A DNA stretch of 64,000 nucleotides from Planctomycetota bacterium. GTDB taxonomy: Bacteria; Planctomycetota; Planctomycetia; Pirellulales; Lacipirellulaceae. The notes beneath the pieces are model-generated. The model had not been told where the DNA came from. It made no database searches and saw nothing but the letters and a program-made list of their open reading frames with translations. The stretch lies in contig JBCCXZ010000014.1 of the NCBI GenBank assembly GCA_039190745.1, positions 186 through 64,185 of the forward strand. The letters run 5' to 3'. Of the stretch, positions 37,457 through 47,305 are shown one piece after another (the stretch's first letter is position 1; the number at the start of each line of letters is the position of its first letter). The position numbers were made by a program, and so were the translations under genes.

Positions 37457-38982
37457 TGGCCGAAGAACTGCCAAAGGCACCGGAAGCCGAGCAGTACCTC
37501 ATCGGTGCCGCACTGGTCGCCCCGGAGACTATCTCCGCGATGGCCACGATTAGTCCGGCAGACTTCAGCGATGAGGCTCACCGCCTAGCCTTCGCCGCGG
37601 TGCGGAGACGTCACCAGCGGCAAGAACCGGTCGACGTCGTGGCGGTCAAGCATGCACTGGCTGGGCTGCCAAGCTTCCCAGCGGAACCCGCCGTGTACCT
37701 TGCCGAAGTCGGTCAGCAGTTCACGAGCACGGCCCACCTGAGCCACTACGTTGACGAGCTGCTCGAAGCGAGCCGGAAGCGGGCGTTGTTGGAGCTGGCC
37801 GAGACGGCACGCGACGCGTCGCTGAACGGCAAGGGGTCGGACGAGATTCTCGCCGATCTTGGGTCCGGCGTTGAAGACCTGATGCGTGGTCGCTCGAACA
37901 AGCCGCGCTATGGGGTTCTCGACGCACGGACGTTGGCCGGCGGAGATTACCGCGTGCGGTATCTGGTCCCCGGCATCCTAGCCGAACGACAGCCGCAGCT
38001 GATTGGCGGACCGAAGAAGGCACTGAAGACGAGCATCCTCTGCGACCTGCTCTTGAGCCTCGCTATCGGCGATGAGTTTCTCGGTAAGTTCCGCGTCGCG
38101 GGTTCACGCCGCGTGCTGTTCATGAGCGGGGAGAGTGGAACTGGAACCATACAGGAGACCTGCCGGCGGATCGCAACTGCCAAGGGCTGGCAGCTGGAGG
38201 AAGTGCCCAACTTCCACTTCACGGCGGACCTGCCGAAGCTCGGTTCAACGCTCGACCTGCAGGCGCTCGAGGCACTCATCGGCGCCCACGACGTCGATGT
38301 GCTTTGCATCGACCCCGCCTACCTGACGATGCCTGCGGTTGACGCCGGCAATCTGTTCGCCCAAGGCGAGCTACTGCGGAACCTCTCTGCACTCTGCGAG
38401 TCGGCGGAAGCCACCGTGCTTCTCGCCCACCACTTCCGAAAGAACCGAGAGCCCAAGGGCGTCCCTGATCTAGATGACCTCTCATGGGCCGGCTTCGCCG
38501 AATTTGCCCGTCAGTGGCTCCTACTCGACCGACGAGATCCGTACGTGCCGGGAACCGGTGAGCATCGCCTCGTGATGACTGCGGGTGGCTCAGCGGGGCA
38601 CAGCGGTGCGTGGGCGTTAGATATCAACGAAGGGGCGGCAGACGCCGCAGCGGGCCGTATGTGGGACGTGACGGTGCGATCGTTCTCAGAACTAGACGCC
38701 GACGACGCGGACCGCAAGGAGCAACAGCGAGAAGAGAGGCGGCTTGAACAGCTAACGGATGACAAGCAGAAGGTCTGCCGCGTGCTGGCCAAGCACTCCG
38801 AAGGGCTCACGAAGACCGCTCTCCGCGACAGAGTGAGCATCAGCGGCGGGCGGTTCGCGACGGTGCTCGCCACGATGCTGAACGACGGTGAGATTGTGCC
38901 CACTCAGGTCACTGTCTCGAACCAGAAGACACCACGAGAAGGGTTCAAACTCAATGGAAATGACGCTACCCAAGCCGCCTAG
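37456..38982 (+). CDS. replicative protein: DnaB-N-terminal-like domain + RecA/AAA_25 (RepA-like) ATPase + C-terminal winged helix
   Basis: N-terminus APEAEQYLIGAALVAPETI..FSDEAHRLAFAAV (DnaB N-terminal domain pattern); P-loop GGPKKALKTS; Walker B-like VDVLCIDP; C-terminal wHTH-like KVCRVLAKHSEGLTKTALRDRVSISGGRF. Confidence 0.8.
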   Translation: MAEELPKAPEAEQYLIGAALVAPETISAMATISPADFSDEAHRLAFAAVRRRHQRQEPVDVVAVKHALAGLPSFPAEPAVYLAEVGQQFTSTAHLSHYVDELLEASRKRALLELAETARDASLNGKGSDEILADLGSGVEDLMRGRSNKPRYGVLDARTLAGGDYRVRYLVPGILAERQPQLIGGPKKALKTSILCDLLLSLAIGDEFLGKFRVAGSRRVLFMSGESGTGTIQETCRRIATAKGWQLEEVPNFHFTADLPKLGSTLDLQALEALIGAHDVDVLCIDPAYLTMPAVDAGNLFAQGELLRNLSALCESAEATVLLAHHFRKNREPKGVPDLDDLSWAGFAEFARQWLLLDRRDPYVPGTGEHRLVMTAGGSAGHSGAWALDINEGAADAAAGRMWDVTVRSFSELDADDADRKEQQREERRLEQLTDDKQKVCRVLAKHSEGLTKTALRDRVSISGGRFATVLATMLNDGEIVPTQVTVSNQKTPREGFKLNGNDATQAA

Positions 38983-38984
38983 AG

Positions 38985-39135
38985 TGAACCACTCGGTCAC
39001 TCGGGCAAAGCAGTCGGACGATCGTCCGACTGCCCAGGACCATCAGTCGGACAGGACCCCCTATAAGGGGGGTCCGTCCGAGTGGTCCGTCCGAGTGGTC
39101 ACTCGGGCAAAAGCGGAATCTGTCCGAGTGGTCTC
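38985..39135. repeat. iteron and palindrome cluster, candidate origin of replication of the element
   Basis: GTCCGAGTGGTC x3 (39076-39087, 39089-39100, 39122-39133); GGTCACTCGGGCAAA x2 (38995-39009, 39097-39111); perfect 22-bp palindrome CAGTCGGACGATCGTCCGACTG (39011-39032); near-palindrome GGACCCCCTATAAGGGGGGTCC (39054-39075). Immediately 3' of the replicase gene. Confidence 0.5.
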
Positions 39136-39344
39136 TCGACTCGGAGGCAAGCACCAACCGCCGCGAGGTAACGCCTGCCATTACGACCCCAAGCAGGAGC
39201 TGGCCATCGAGCTCGAACGCTATCGAGCGGAGGACCGCTGCTGGGGGCCGCTGCCGTGGTGGTGACCCAAACGTTCATTTTTCGACAAAAAACCCGCACG
39301 CTTTCCGCTACGCATGGCAGTCGCTCACCTACCCACGATCACAG

Positions 39345-39704
39345 ATGCCCCCTATGTCACAACGGCCACTGCAACAGTGCAACTACCCAGGATGTCGGAA
39401 GCTCGTGCGTGCGGCACGCTGCGATGAGCACGCACAGAAGCGATCTAAACGGGCGACTCCGAACGACCCGTTTTACTGGTCGACAGCGTGGAGGAAGCTC
39501 CGCAAGCGGAAGCTGCAAGCTGATCCGCTGTGCGAGCTGTGCTTAGCCAAGGACCGAGTCACGCCTGCCACCGAGGTTCACCACAAGCAGGCGAGGCGGG
39601 TGCGTCCGGAGCTGGAGTTGGTGTTCGACAACCTGCAATCGACGTGCAAGCCGTGCCACAGCGCCGAGACGGCCCGAGAGATACGGGGCCACACGAAATC
39701 GTAG
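39345..39704 (+). CDS. phage-type HNH endonuclease
   Basis: CELCLAKDRVTPATEVHHKQ....NLQSTCKPCHSAET: HNH core with flanking Cys pairs, as in HK97 gp74-type packaging-associated HNH proteins. Confidence 0.85.
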   Translation: MPPMSQRPLQQCNYPGCRKLVRAARCDEHAQKRSKRATPNDPFYWSTAWRKLRKRKLQADPLCELCLAKDRVTPATEVHHKQARRVRPELELVFDNLQSTCKPCHSAETAREIRGHTKS

Positions 39705-39777
39705 GTAGCTGATCGATCTCAGGCGTAGCGAGAGGGACGCACATTTTTTTGAGAAACTTAGTGTTTTGGATTAGGCG

Positions 39778-40035
39778 ATGAACGCCTACCCCCAATGCAA
39801 CCGCTGCCTCCGCGGAACGATGAAGCCCATTTGGTCACGCGCTATCGGAGTCGACTCTCAGCAGCAGCGTCTGTGTTGCAACTACTGCGGCCGACGCCTG
39901 ACGCGAGTGATTCCTAGGTCGCAAATCAAATCCCGAAAAAGTCGGCCGCTTAAAGCGCCAGCCCAAACAAAACCTTTCCCCGATCCCAATAATGAACTCA
40001 TGAGCAACAGCGACAAAGGCGGCCATCATGGTTGA
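39778..40035 (+). CDS. small zinc-ribbon protein, hypothetical
   Basis: CNRC...CNYC pairs; preceded by an AT-richer spacer; overlaps the next gene start by 8 nt. Confidence 0.45.
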   Translation: MNAYPQCNRCLRGTMKPIWSRAIGVDSQQQRLCCNYCGRRLTRVIPRSQIKSRKSRPLKAPAQTKPFPDPNNELMSNSDKGGHHG

Positions 40036-40402
40036 AGAGCACCCAACGTTACTGGTGAAGACACACCCGTCGCGGCTTTCGGACGATGACGTGCTCTCGC
40101 TTCAGCGTGGTGCGTTTCGCCATTGGGGCGAGGCCCCAGCGTTCTTCGGCTGGCTGATTGAGAACCTGCAAGCCGAGAGCCAGCGGCGTGCTTTCGAGTG
40201 GCAAGCTACTCCGAGGGAGCCGCAGTTGTTCGCCGTGCCGCTGAGCTGGTCGAACACGGAGCTAGCTCAGGCGTTGTCGGCGTCGGCAGCGATGACGTAC
40301 GGCGAAGGCGTGAGTTACAGCTTGGGGGAGTTCTTGGACAAGTTGGCGGGCGCGGTGGTCGCGGTGGCCGCGGCCCGCTTGATTCAGACGGGAGGCAACT
40401 GA
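40028..40402 (+). CDS. hypothetical protein (element gene, 124 aa)
   Basis: ORF coupled (TGATG) to the next gene; no motif recognised. Confidence 0.5.
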   Translation: MVEEHPTLLVKTHPSRLSDDDVLSLQRGAFRHWGEAPAFFGWLIENLQAESQRRAFEWQATPREPQLFAVPLSWSNTELAQALSASAAMTYGEGVSYSLGEFLDKLAGAVVAVAAARLIQTGGN

Positions 40403-40626
40403 TGGCTGTTGCAGTATCAGGCGAGAACGCGATTCGTAGGTTGGCTACGAAGGAGCAAGTTTCCGAGCACTTCGGAGTCACGGGGCGGACGATCAACATT
40501 TGGATCGCCCGCGGGTTGTTCCCGGCCCCTCGTCGCATCGGGCGGCGGGAACGGCGTTGGGACGTGGCTGAACTGAACGATTGGATCGAGGCCGGTTGCC
40601 CGGCCGTGAACGAGGGGAGCAAGTAA
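40402..40626 (+). CDS. AlpA-family phage transcriptional regulator / HTH protein (74 aa)
   Basis: Internal ATG at 40402 overlapping the upstream stop; LATKEQVSEHFGVTGRTINIWIARGLFPAPRRIGRRERRWDVAELNDWI matches the Phage_AlpA pattern. Confidence 0.7.
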   Translation: MAVAVSGENAIRRLATKEQVSEHFGVTGRTINIWIARGLFPAPRRIGRRERRWDVAELNDWIEAGCPAVNEGSK

Positions 40627-42086
40627 TGGTTTCGTTATCAGGAACTCAGTCGCCGAAAGCGTTCGGTGAGGCTACGTGGGGCAAGGCCCATCAGATTCGG
40701 CAGAAGGCCGAGGCCGAAGGGCGGCAGTTGTCCGCTTCCGAGCGGGGGGCAGTCGACGCGCTCGAGGGCTTCGGCAAGGCGGTCACCGGCGCCGGGTCCG
40801 CAAACGAACGCATGCCAGCGAGACTTCGCTACACGGTCGGTCAGTGTCGCGATGAAGCCCTCAATCGTGCTAGGGCAATCAACACTGCCGGCGACGAGCT
40901 TTCGGAGCACGAGCAAGGTGCCTTCGATGCGTTGATTGAGGCCGCTGATACGCTGAAGGGCGGCAGCATGGACACATTCGCATCCGGGCAGCCAATGCCC
41001 TCCGGATGGACGCCACCGGGTCACCCTCAGGATCGCAGGTTCCAACTCCTCGACGAACAAGGCCGCTGTGTCCGCACGCTGAGCGGCGACGAGCGTTTCG
41101 AGGATGTCGCCCGCGAACTGGCGGGCCGCATCCATGACGACGTGCCGGACGGCGCGGCGTGGGTCGATGACGGACTGAATCTCGGCGGCATGATGCGGGC
41201 GATGGTACTCGGTCCCCAGACCTCGGCAGAGAAAGCAGCACTTAGCGAGTCCGGTGCTCCCGCGGGCGGGTACAACGTGCCGACTGTCTTGGCTGGTCAG
41301 GTGATCGACCTTTTGCCGCCGAACAACATGCTCTTCCGGGCAGGTTCCGGCAGGCTCGCCCTCACCGGCGCGGAAACTACTTGGGTCAAGGTGGTGGCCG
41401 ATCCAACAGTCGGTTGGCGTCACGAGGAGAACGTGATTGCCGAGTCCAGGCCCACACTGGGCGCCATCGTCATGCGGCCGAAGTCGATGGCCGCGATCGT
41501 GCTTGCGAGCCGCGAGTTGCTTGAGGACGGCCGAAACGTGGGCAACATGGTTCAGCGTTCGCTCACTCGTGCGATGGGCGTGGAGCTTGACCGCGCCGGC
41601 ATGTACGGCACCGGCAGCGTTGAGCCACTCGGTTTGATGAATGAGCCTGGCGTCAGCGGCGTTGTCTCAGTCGGAACGATCGGCAATTACACCAACATCC
41701 TTGACGCTTACAAGCTGCTGCTGGACGACAACGTGATGGACCCAACGGGCCTCATCATGAGCAACCGTGAGTGGCGGACTTATGCCGGCATGGTCGATTC
41801 GACCGGCCAGCCTCTGCGTCGCCCGGAAGCGATTCAAGACCTGCCGTTCTACACCAGCAGCGCCGTGCCAACCGACGAAGGCGACGGCGGAAACGAGAGC
41901 CGGATGCTGCTCGGGTACTTCCCGGACAACGTGTTCGGCATCCGCACGGCGATCCGCCTGGAGGTTCTCCGCGAGCTGTACGCGAAGACGGGCCAGTACG
42001 CATTCGTCGCCCACATGCGCGTCGACCGGCACGTGCTGCGTCCTCAGTCGTTCTGCAAGATCGAAGGCATCACCACGGCCAGCTAG
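40626..42086 (+). CDS. phage major capsid protein, HK97-type, with long N-terminal (delta/scaffold-like) region
   Basis: ATG at 40626 (TAATG overlap). From about residue 200 the sequence (GGYNVPTVLAGQVIDLL...RMLLGYFPDNVFGIRTAIRLEVLRELYAKTGQYAFVAHMRVD) follows the Phage_capsid (HK97 gp5-like) pattern. Confidence 0.85.
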   Translation: MVSLSGTQSPKAFGEATWGKAHQIRQKAEAEGRQLSASERGAVDALEGFGKAVTGAGSANERMPARLRYTVGQCRDEALNRARAINTAGDELSEHEQGAFDALIEAADTLKGGSMDTFASGQPMPSGWTPPGHPQDRRFQLLDEQGRCVRTLSGDERFEDVARELAGRIHDDVPDGAAWVDDGLNLGGMMRAMVLGPQTSAEKAALSESGAPAGGYNVPTVLAGQVIDLLPPNNMLFRAGSGRLALTGAETTWVKVVADPTVGWRHEENVIAESRPTLGAIVMRPKSMAAIVLASRELLEDGRNVGNMVQRSLTRAMGVELDRAGMYGTGSVEPLGLMNEPGVSGVVSVGTIGNYTNILDAYKLLLDDNVMDPTGLIMSNREWRTYAGMVDSTGQPLRRPEAIQDLPFYTSSAVPTDEGDGGNESRMLLGYFPDNVFGIRTAIRLEVLRELYAKTGQYAFVAHMRVDRHVLRPQSFCKIEGITTAS

Positions 42087-42181
42087 GTATCACGTCAGCG
42101 GGGCCGCCTCCGGCCTTTTCTCTAGTTGGGGCCGGGGGCGGTTGTGCTCTTTGAAGACACACCAACCGATAGAGGGTCCAC

Positions 42182-44113
42182 GTGCCAGCAACAGGACGTT
42201 TCATCGGCGGCATCAGCTTCGGCGTTTCGATGGACACGAAGCGGCTTGATCGTTCCGTGCAGAAGACGCGGAAGCAGATCGCAGGATTCTCCCGCGGCAT
42301 GAAGGTCGGGTTGGCTGGGGCGGCGGCAGCCGCTGCCGGGTCCCTGGGTGTGCTCGGGCAGCGGTTTGAGGGGCTCCGCCGCGAGATGAATCGCTCCCTC
42401 GCCATCATGGGCGACGTGACCGATGTCATGCGTAAGGACATGCGAGCGGCTGCCATAGAGGTGGCCCGCACCACGAACGCAAGCTCACGTGAGGCCGCCC
42501 AAGGGTACTTCTTCCTCGCGTCCGCTGGCCTGGATGCTGCAGCGTCGCTTAAGGCTTTGCCACGGGTGGCGGAGTTCGCTCAGGCAGGCAATTTCGAGCT
42601 CGCGCTGGCGACCGATCTTCTGACGGATGCACAGTCAGCGCTAGGTCTCTCAGTCGACAACGCATCTAAGAACCTCGGCAACATGACTCGCGTGAGCGAC
42701 GCACTCGTGAAGGCCAACACGCTGGCCAACGCATCGGTACAGCAATTCACTGAGGCCCTGACCAACAAGGCTGGGGCCGCTCTTAGGCAGGCGAACAAAG
42801 AGTTGGAAGAGGGTCTAGCAGTCTTGGCCGTGTTCGCCGATCAAGGCATCAAGGGGGCTGAGGCTGGTACAGCGCTCGGGATCGTGATGCGAGACCTGCA
42901 GACCAAAGCACTTATGAACGCGGGCGAGTTTCGCAGGGCAGGCGTCGCTGTGTTCGACTTCGCTGGCCGGATGCGAAACTTGGGGAGGATCGTCGGGGAT
43001 CTAGAGGCCGCTCTCGACGGGCTGAGTGTTGCCCAGCAGAAAACCACGCTCTTGCAGCTTGGCTTCACTGACAAGTCGGTGTCGTTTGTCCAATCCCTCC
43101 TTGGTTCGGCGGATGCGATCGCAGGATACGAGACCGCATTGCGGAGTGCGGGCAACACAACGGCCGAAGTAGCGGCAAAGCAACTGACTCCATACGAGAA
43201 GGCAACCAACAGGTTGGATGCCGCGGTCGACCGCCTGGCTACCGGTCTCGGGGACTATGTGGCGCCGAGATTCGACGAATTGGCCGCGGCGATCGGTTAC
43301 GCGGCAGATCAGTTGAGTCGACTCAACAGCGAGTCGGTGAAGTCACAGAGTCTAGGTGAGGCATTCGTCAAAGGCGAGGAGGTTGGCTATGTGCTGAATC
43401 ACTTAGGCAAAGGTTTCGGAGCTCTACAACGCGACATCATCCGCGGGGTGGGTGAGGCCGCTGGTTTCATCGATCGACAAGCAAGGAAGCTTGAGAACGC
43501 TGAGGGGATGCTCAACAAGGTGGACAGCCTCTTCGGTCTGTTGGGAAAGGGGACGGCGGGAACCGCTATTGCGGATGAGGTTCGGGGCATCCGCCAAGTG
43601 CTCACCGCCGTAGAGCAGACGTTCCTCAACAGCCTCAAGCAACCCGGCCCCATTGGCGTCGGCGTCGGCTCAGGAGCGGATGCGGGCAAGCCTTCCGGAC
43701 CAACGGGATCGCTGTTGTCCAGACTTGCCGTTCGGTTTGGCGAGGACGCGGGATTGAACGACCTGGCGAAAGAAATGCGTGAAACGGTCGACCGCTACAT
43801 TCAGGGGACTAGGTCGATCATCGACAACCCCGCGAACCAGCTGCTGCTCAGGATCGCCCCGACTCTGCTAGGAGCTTCCCTGAAGCGAGCACAAGCCGGA
43901 ATCGACCGTAGGGAAAGCGTGATCCGCCAAGGCCAGGAGGCGGGTGTTCTTCGCCTGACGCAGACCGGCTCGGAGGAGTCGTTCCGCCAGAACGCAAGCA
44001 TCCGCCGCCAGTTTAATGTCAGAAAGATCGACCGCCAAAAGTTGCGAGAGCTACGGAGGATTGAGCGCAACACCCGCGGAGGGGGGCTGCAGCTGGCCCT
44101 AGCAAACCTCTGA
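42182..44113 (+). CDS. phage tail tape measure protein (TP901-type core)
   Basis: AAIEVARTTNASSREAAQGYFFLASAGLDAAASLKALPRVAEFAQAGNFELALATDLLTDAQSALGL is the TMP core motif region; the rest is long, helical and Ala/Leu/Gly-rich. Start could instead be the ATG at 42230. Confidence 0.8.
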   Translation: MPATGRFIGGISFGVSMDTKRLDRSVQKTRKQIAGFSRGMKVGLAGAAAAAAGSLGVLGQRFEGLRREMNRSLAIMGDVTDVMRKDMRAAAIEVARTTNASSREAAQGYFFLASAGLDAAASLKALPRVAEFAQAGNFELALATDLLTDAQSALGLSVDNASKNLGNMTRVSDALVKANTLANASVQQFTEALTNKAGAALRQANKELEEGLAVLAVFADQGIKGAEAGTALGIVMRDLQTKALMNAGEFRRAGVAVFDFAGRMRNLGRIVGDLEAALDGLSVAQQKTTLLQLGFTDKSVSFVQSLLGSADAIAGYETALRSAGNTTAEVAAKQLTPYEKATNRLDAAVDRLATGLGDYVAPRFDELAAAIGYAADQLSRLNSESVKSQSLGEAFVKGEEVGYVLNHLGKGFGALQRDIIRGVGEAAGFIDRQARKLENAEGMLNKVDSLFGLLGKGTAGTAIADEVRGIRQVLTAVEQTFLNSLKQPGPIGVGVGSGADAGKPSGPTGSLLSRLAVRFGEDAGLNDLAKEMRETVDRYIQGTRSIIDNPANQLLLRIAPTLLGASLKRAQAGIDRRESVIRQGQEAGVLRLTQTGSEESFRQNASIRRQFNVRKIDRQKLRELRRIERNTRGGGLQLALANL

Positions 44114-44312
44114 TGGGCGTCACGGATTGACCCCGCCCGCGGCCTTCCGCAAGAATGCTGGGGTCTAAGTGAACTGAAAGCGTCAAATGTCAAACCCAAC
44201 TGAAATCAGAGCGCAGCCGCTGCGCGAGTGTCGGATACCGGCGACGGCCCGGGGTGGTTCAGTTCCACCTGACAACACTCGTTCGGCGGCTGCGCTTTCT
44301 TTGCGCGCTCCT

Positions 44313-44386
44313 CAGGTGTCATCCGATGACACCGCCCATCAACTGGCGGAATCAGCCAGTTGGGGCCAACTGGCAACGTTGCCAGT
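44313..44386. promoter_or_regulatory. cluster of nested palindromes (operator-like) between tape measure gene and integrase
   Basis: GGTGTCATCCGATGACACC (44315-44333); CAACTGGC..GCCAGTTG (44340-44362); CCAGTTGG/CCAACTGG (44356-44373); perfect 16-bp CTGGCAACGTTGCCAG (44370-44385). Confidence 0.4.
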
Positions 44387-44418
44387 AGCGACCACGGGCG
44401 TGCAGAAAGGAATCGACG

Positions 44419-44889
44419 ATGTCGACCTACGTTCGTTACACCACGCTGCGGATGCGTCTCTGGGTTGCCTGACTCCTCACGCGGCACCCCAAGTTCCGTC
44501 CGATCTACTCGGCGGACGTCGTTTCGTTTGACCCGCTCTCGCAGGCGGAATTCCTTTGCGACGCTGGATACCACGTCGCCGCTGCGATGCTGGCCAGAGC
44601 GGGCGTAGAGGCCCGCGTGAAGCGGCTGGCGTTGATCTCACCAAGGTGGCGTGAGTGTCGGACCAATTCGCTCGCTGGATTCGCCGGCTTCCTGGTGGCT
44701 CAAGGTGTGCTCTCCAGTAAGCACCGGCGGAAAATATCTTCGTTCTACAAACGGGCGAGCACGGTTTGCCACGGCGACTTCCAGGACCGCAGCCGTTGCG
44801 TCGACCTGCTCTATACGGCCCGGAAGATTCACACCGCGTGCGACACAGCGACCCGTCGACTGCTGGCGGGTGAAGTGGAGCTTGGCTAA
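44419..44889 (+). pseudogene. 157-codon reading frame interrupted by one in-frame TGA (44470-44472); possible nonsense pseudogene or short leader peptide plus downstream ORF
   Basis: ATG at 44419 preceded by AAAGGA; strong G/C third-position bias continues through the TGA to the TAA at 44887-44889. The tracked ORF (44587..44889) is only its tail. Confidence 0.3.
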
Positions 44890-44976
44890 CCCCGATCCCC
44901 GTCGCCTCACCGTGGGGCGGCGGGGGAGTTCTGTGGCTGAATTGATTCAGCCACAACCAAAACGCAGGAGACAACG

Positions 44977-46281
<1,305 letters not shown>

Positions 46282-46362
46282 CCAAGCGGATCGCAGATCG
46301 TAGCCCCGGCCCATGCGGGCGTCAATTCAACCTCGGCAGCCCGGCCCAAAGCGGAACCTGAA

Positions 46363-47277
46363 GTGGACCTCATTCTCCTGCCGATTACGACCCTCCACCT
46401 GCTCGCGGCCAACATCGCGGCGGCGGGCCCTCTGTTTGCGGCGTGGCTCGGTCACCGCTCACGCTCGCGTGAAGCAGCGGCGGGTGCGGTAGGGCTGCAG
46501 CTGGCGCAGCTTTCCCTCGGCGCCCTTGTGGTCTTGGTTGCTACCGGGGTCGCCCAAGTCTTTGCCCCGGGGCGAGAAGCACTCTTCTCCGCGGCGGCTC
46601 GTTTTCCCAGCCGCGACCTCTGGATCGCCTGCGCGGAGGTGCTTTTCTCGTTGGTGATGACCCTTTTGCTTCTCGCCGCTTGGCGGGGCAGTCGCTTCCG
46701 TACCGTCCTGGCCTGGTCGGCGGCCGTGCTTACTGCTTCTAATCTGCTCTACCACTTCCCGCCGCTGATGCTTGTGTTGGCTCGCTTGAAGGCCGACTCG
46801 CTCTGGACGACCGAGCGCGAAATCACCCGAGCGGTGTTCCGTGGTTTGATGACCCGCGGCGAGGTGGTTTCGCTAACGGTCCACTTCGGTTTGGCGTCCG
46901 TCGCAGTCGCGGCGGTGGCGGCGCTGTGGTTGGAAGCCCGCCAGCGAGCGTTTGATACGCCCTCCGACTCTGAGCAGCCAAAGCGGAGCAAGATCGGCCA
47001 AGCCGCGGCGTTGGTCGCCGGCGGGGTGACGGCGGTGCAATTCCCCATCGGGCTCTGGGTGCTCGTCTCGTCACCTACTGCAACGTTCAACGCGCTCGCC
47101 GGCGGCTCTCCGCTGCACGCACTCGCATTCGCGTCCGGGATTGTTGCTTCTCTGCTGCTTCTGCAGCGGCTCGCGGCCTACGTGCTCGATGGTCAAACTA
47201 AAGCGGCCGCCAACAACATCGCTGTTGTGACGGCCGCGGTGGTGGCTTTGATGACGCTCACACTGGGCGCCAAGTGA
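46363..47277 (+). CDS. polytopic membrane protein, hypothetical (304 aa)
   Basis: Seven or eight hydrophobic helices; GTG start; no family motif recognised. Confidence 0.6.
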   Translation: MDLILLPITTLHLLAANIAAAGPLFAAWLGHRSRSREAAAGAVGLQLAQLSLGALVVLVATGVAQVFAPGREALFSAAARFPSRDLWIACAEVLFSLVMTLLLLAAWRGSRFRTVLAWSAAVLTASNLLYHFPPLMLVLARLKADSLWTTEREITRAVFRGLMTRGEVVSLTVHFGLASVAVAAVAALWLEARQRAFDTPSDSEQPKRSKIGQAAALVAGGVTAVQFPIGLWVLVSSPTATFNALAGGSPLHALAFASGIVASLLLLQRLAAYVLDGQTKAAANNIAVVTAAVVALMTLTLGAK

Positions 47278-47305
47278 CTGAGCGCACTCGACGCGTTTGA
47301 GAGTT

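Noticed and set aside
36828-37547. 239-aa minus-strand ORF inside the integrated element.
   Set aside because: It is opposite to three translationally coupled plus-strand genes, including a clear excisionase-type HTH, and has a Pro/Arg/Ser-rich composition.
38888-39265. 125-aa plus-strand ORF spanning the replicase-HNH spacer.
   Set aside because: It overlaps the replicase 3' end, and its central part is simply the translation of the iterons and palindromes. There is no RBS. A cis-acting ori or pac region is more parsimonious.
40626-42086. The HK97-fold protein as a bacterial encapsulin shell rather than a phage capsid.
   Set aside because: It lies inside an att-bounded element next to an HNH nuclease, an AlpA regulator, a tape measure protein and an integrase. 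No cargo enzyme gene is adjacent, and the sequence pattern resembles the Phage_capsid family rather than Linocin_M18-type encapsulins. A profile search should confirm this.
44470-44472. The in-frame TGA as a selenocysteine codon.
   Set aside because: I could not recognise a convincing SECIS-like hairpin immediately downstream, there are no selenoprotein-like Cys/Sec redox motifs around it, and no sel genes are in the window. A nonsense mutation or a leader peptide is the simpler explanation.
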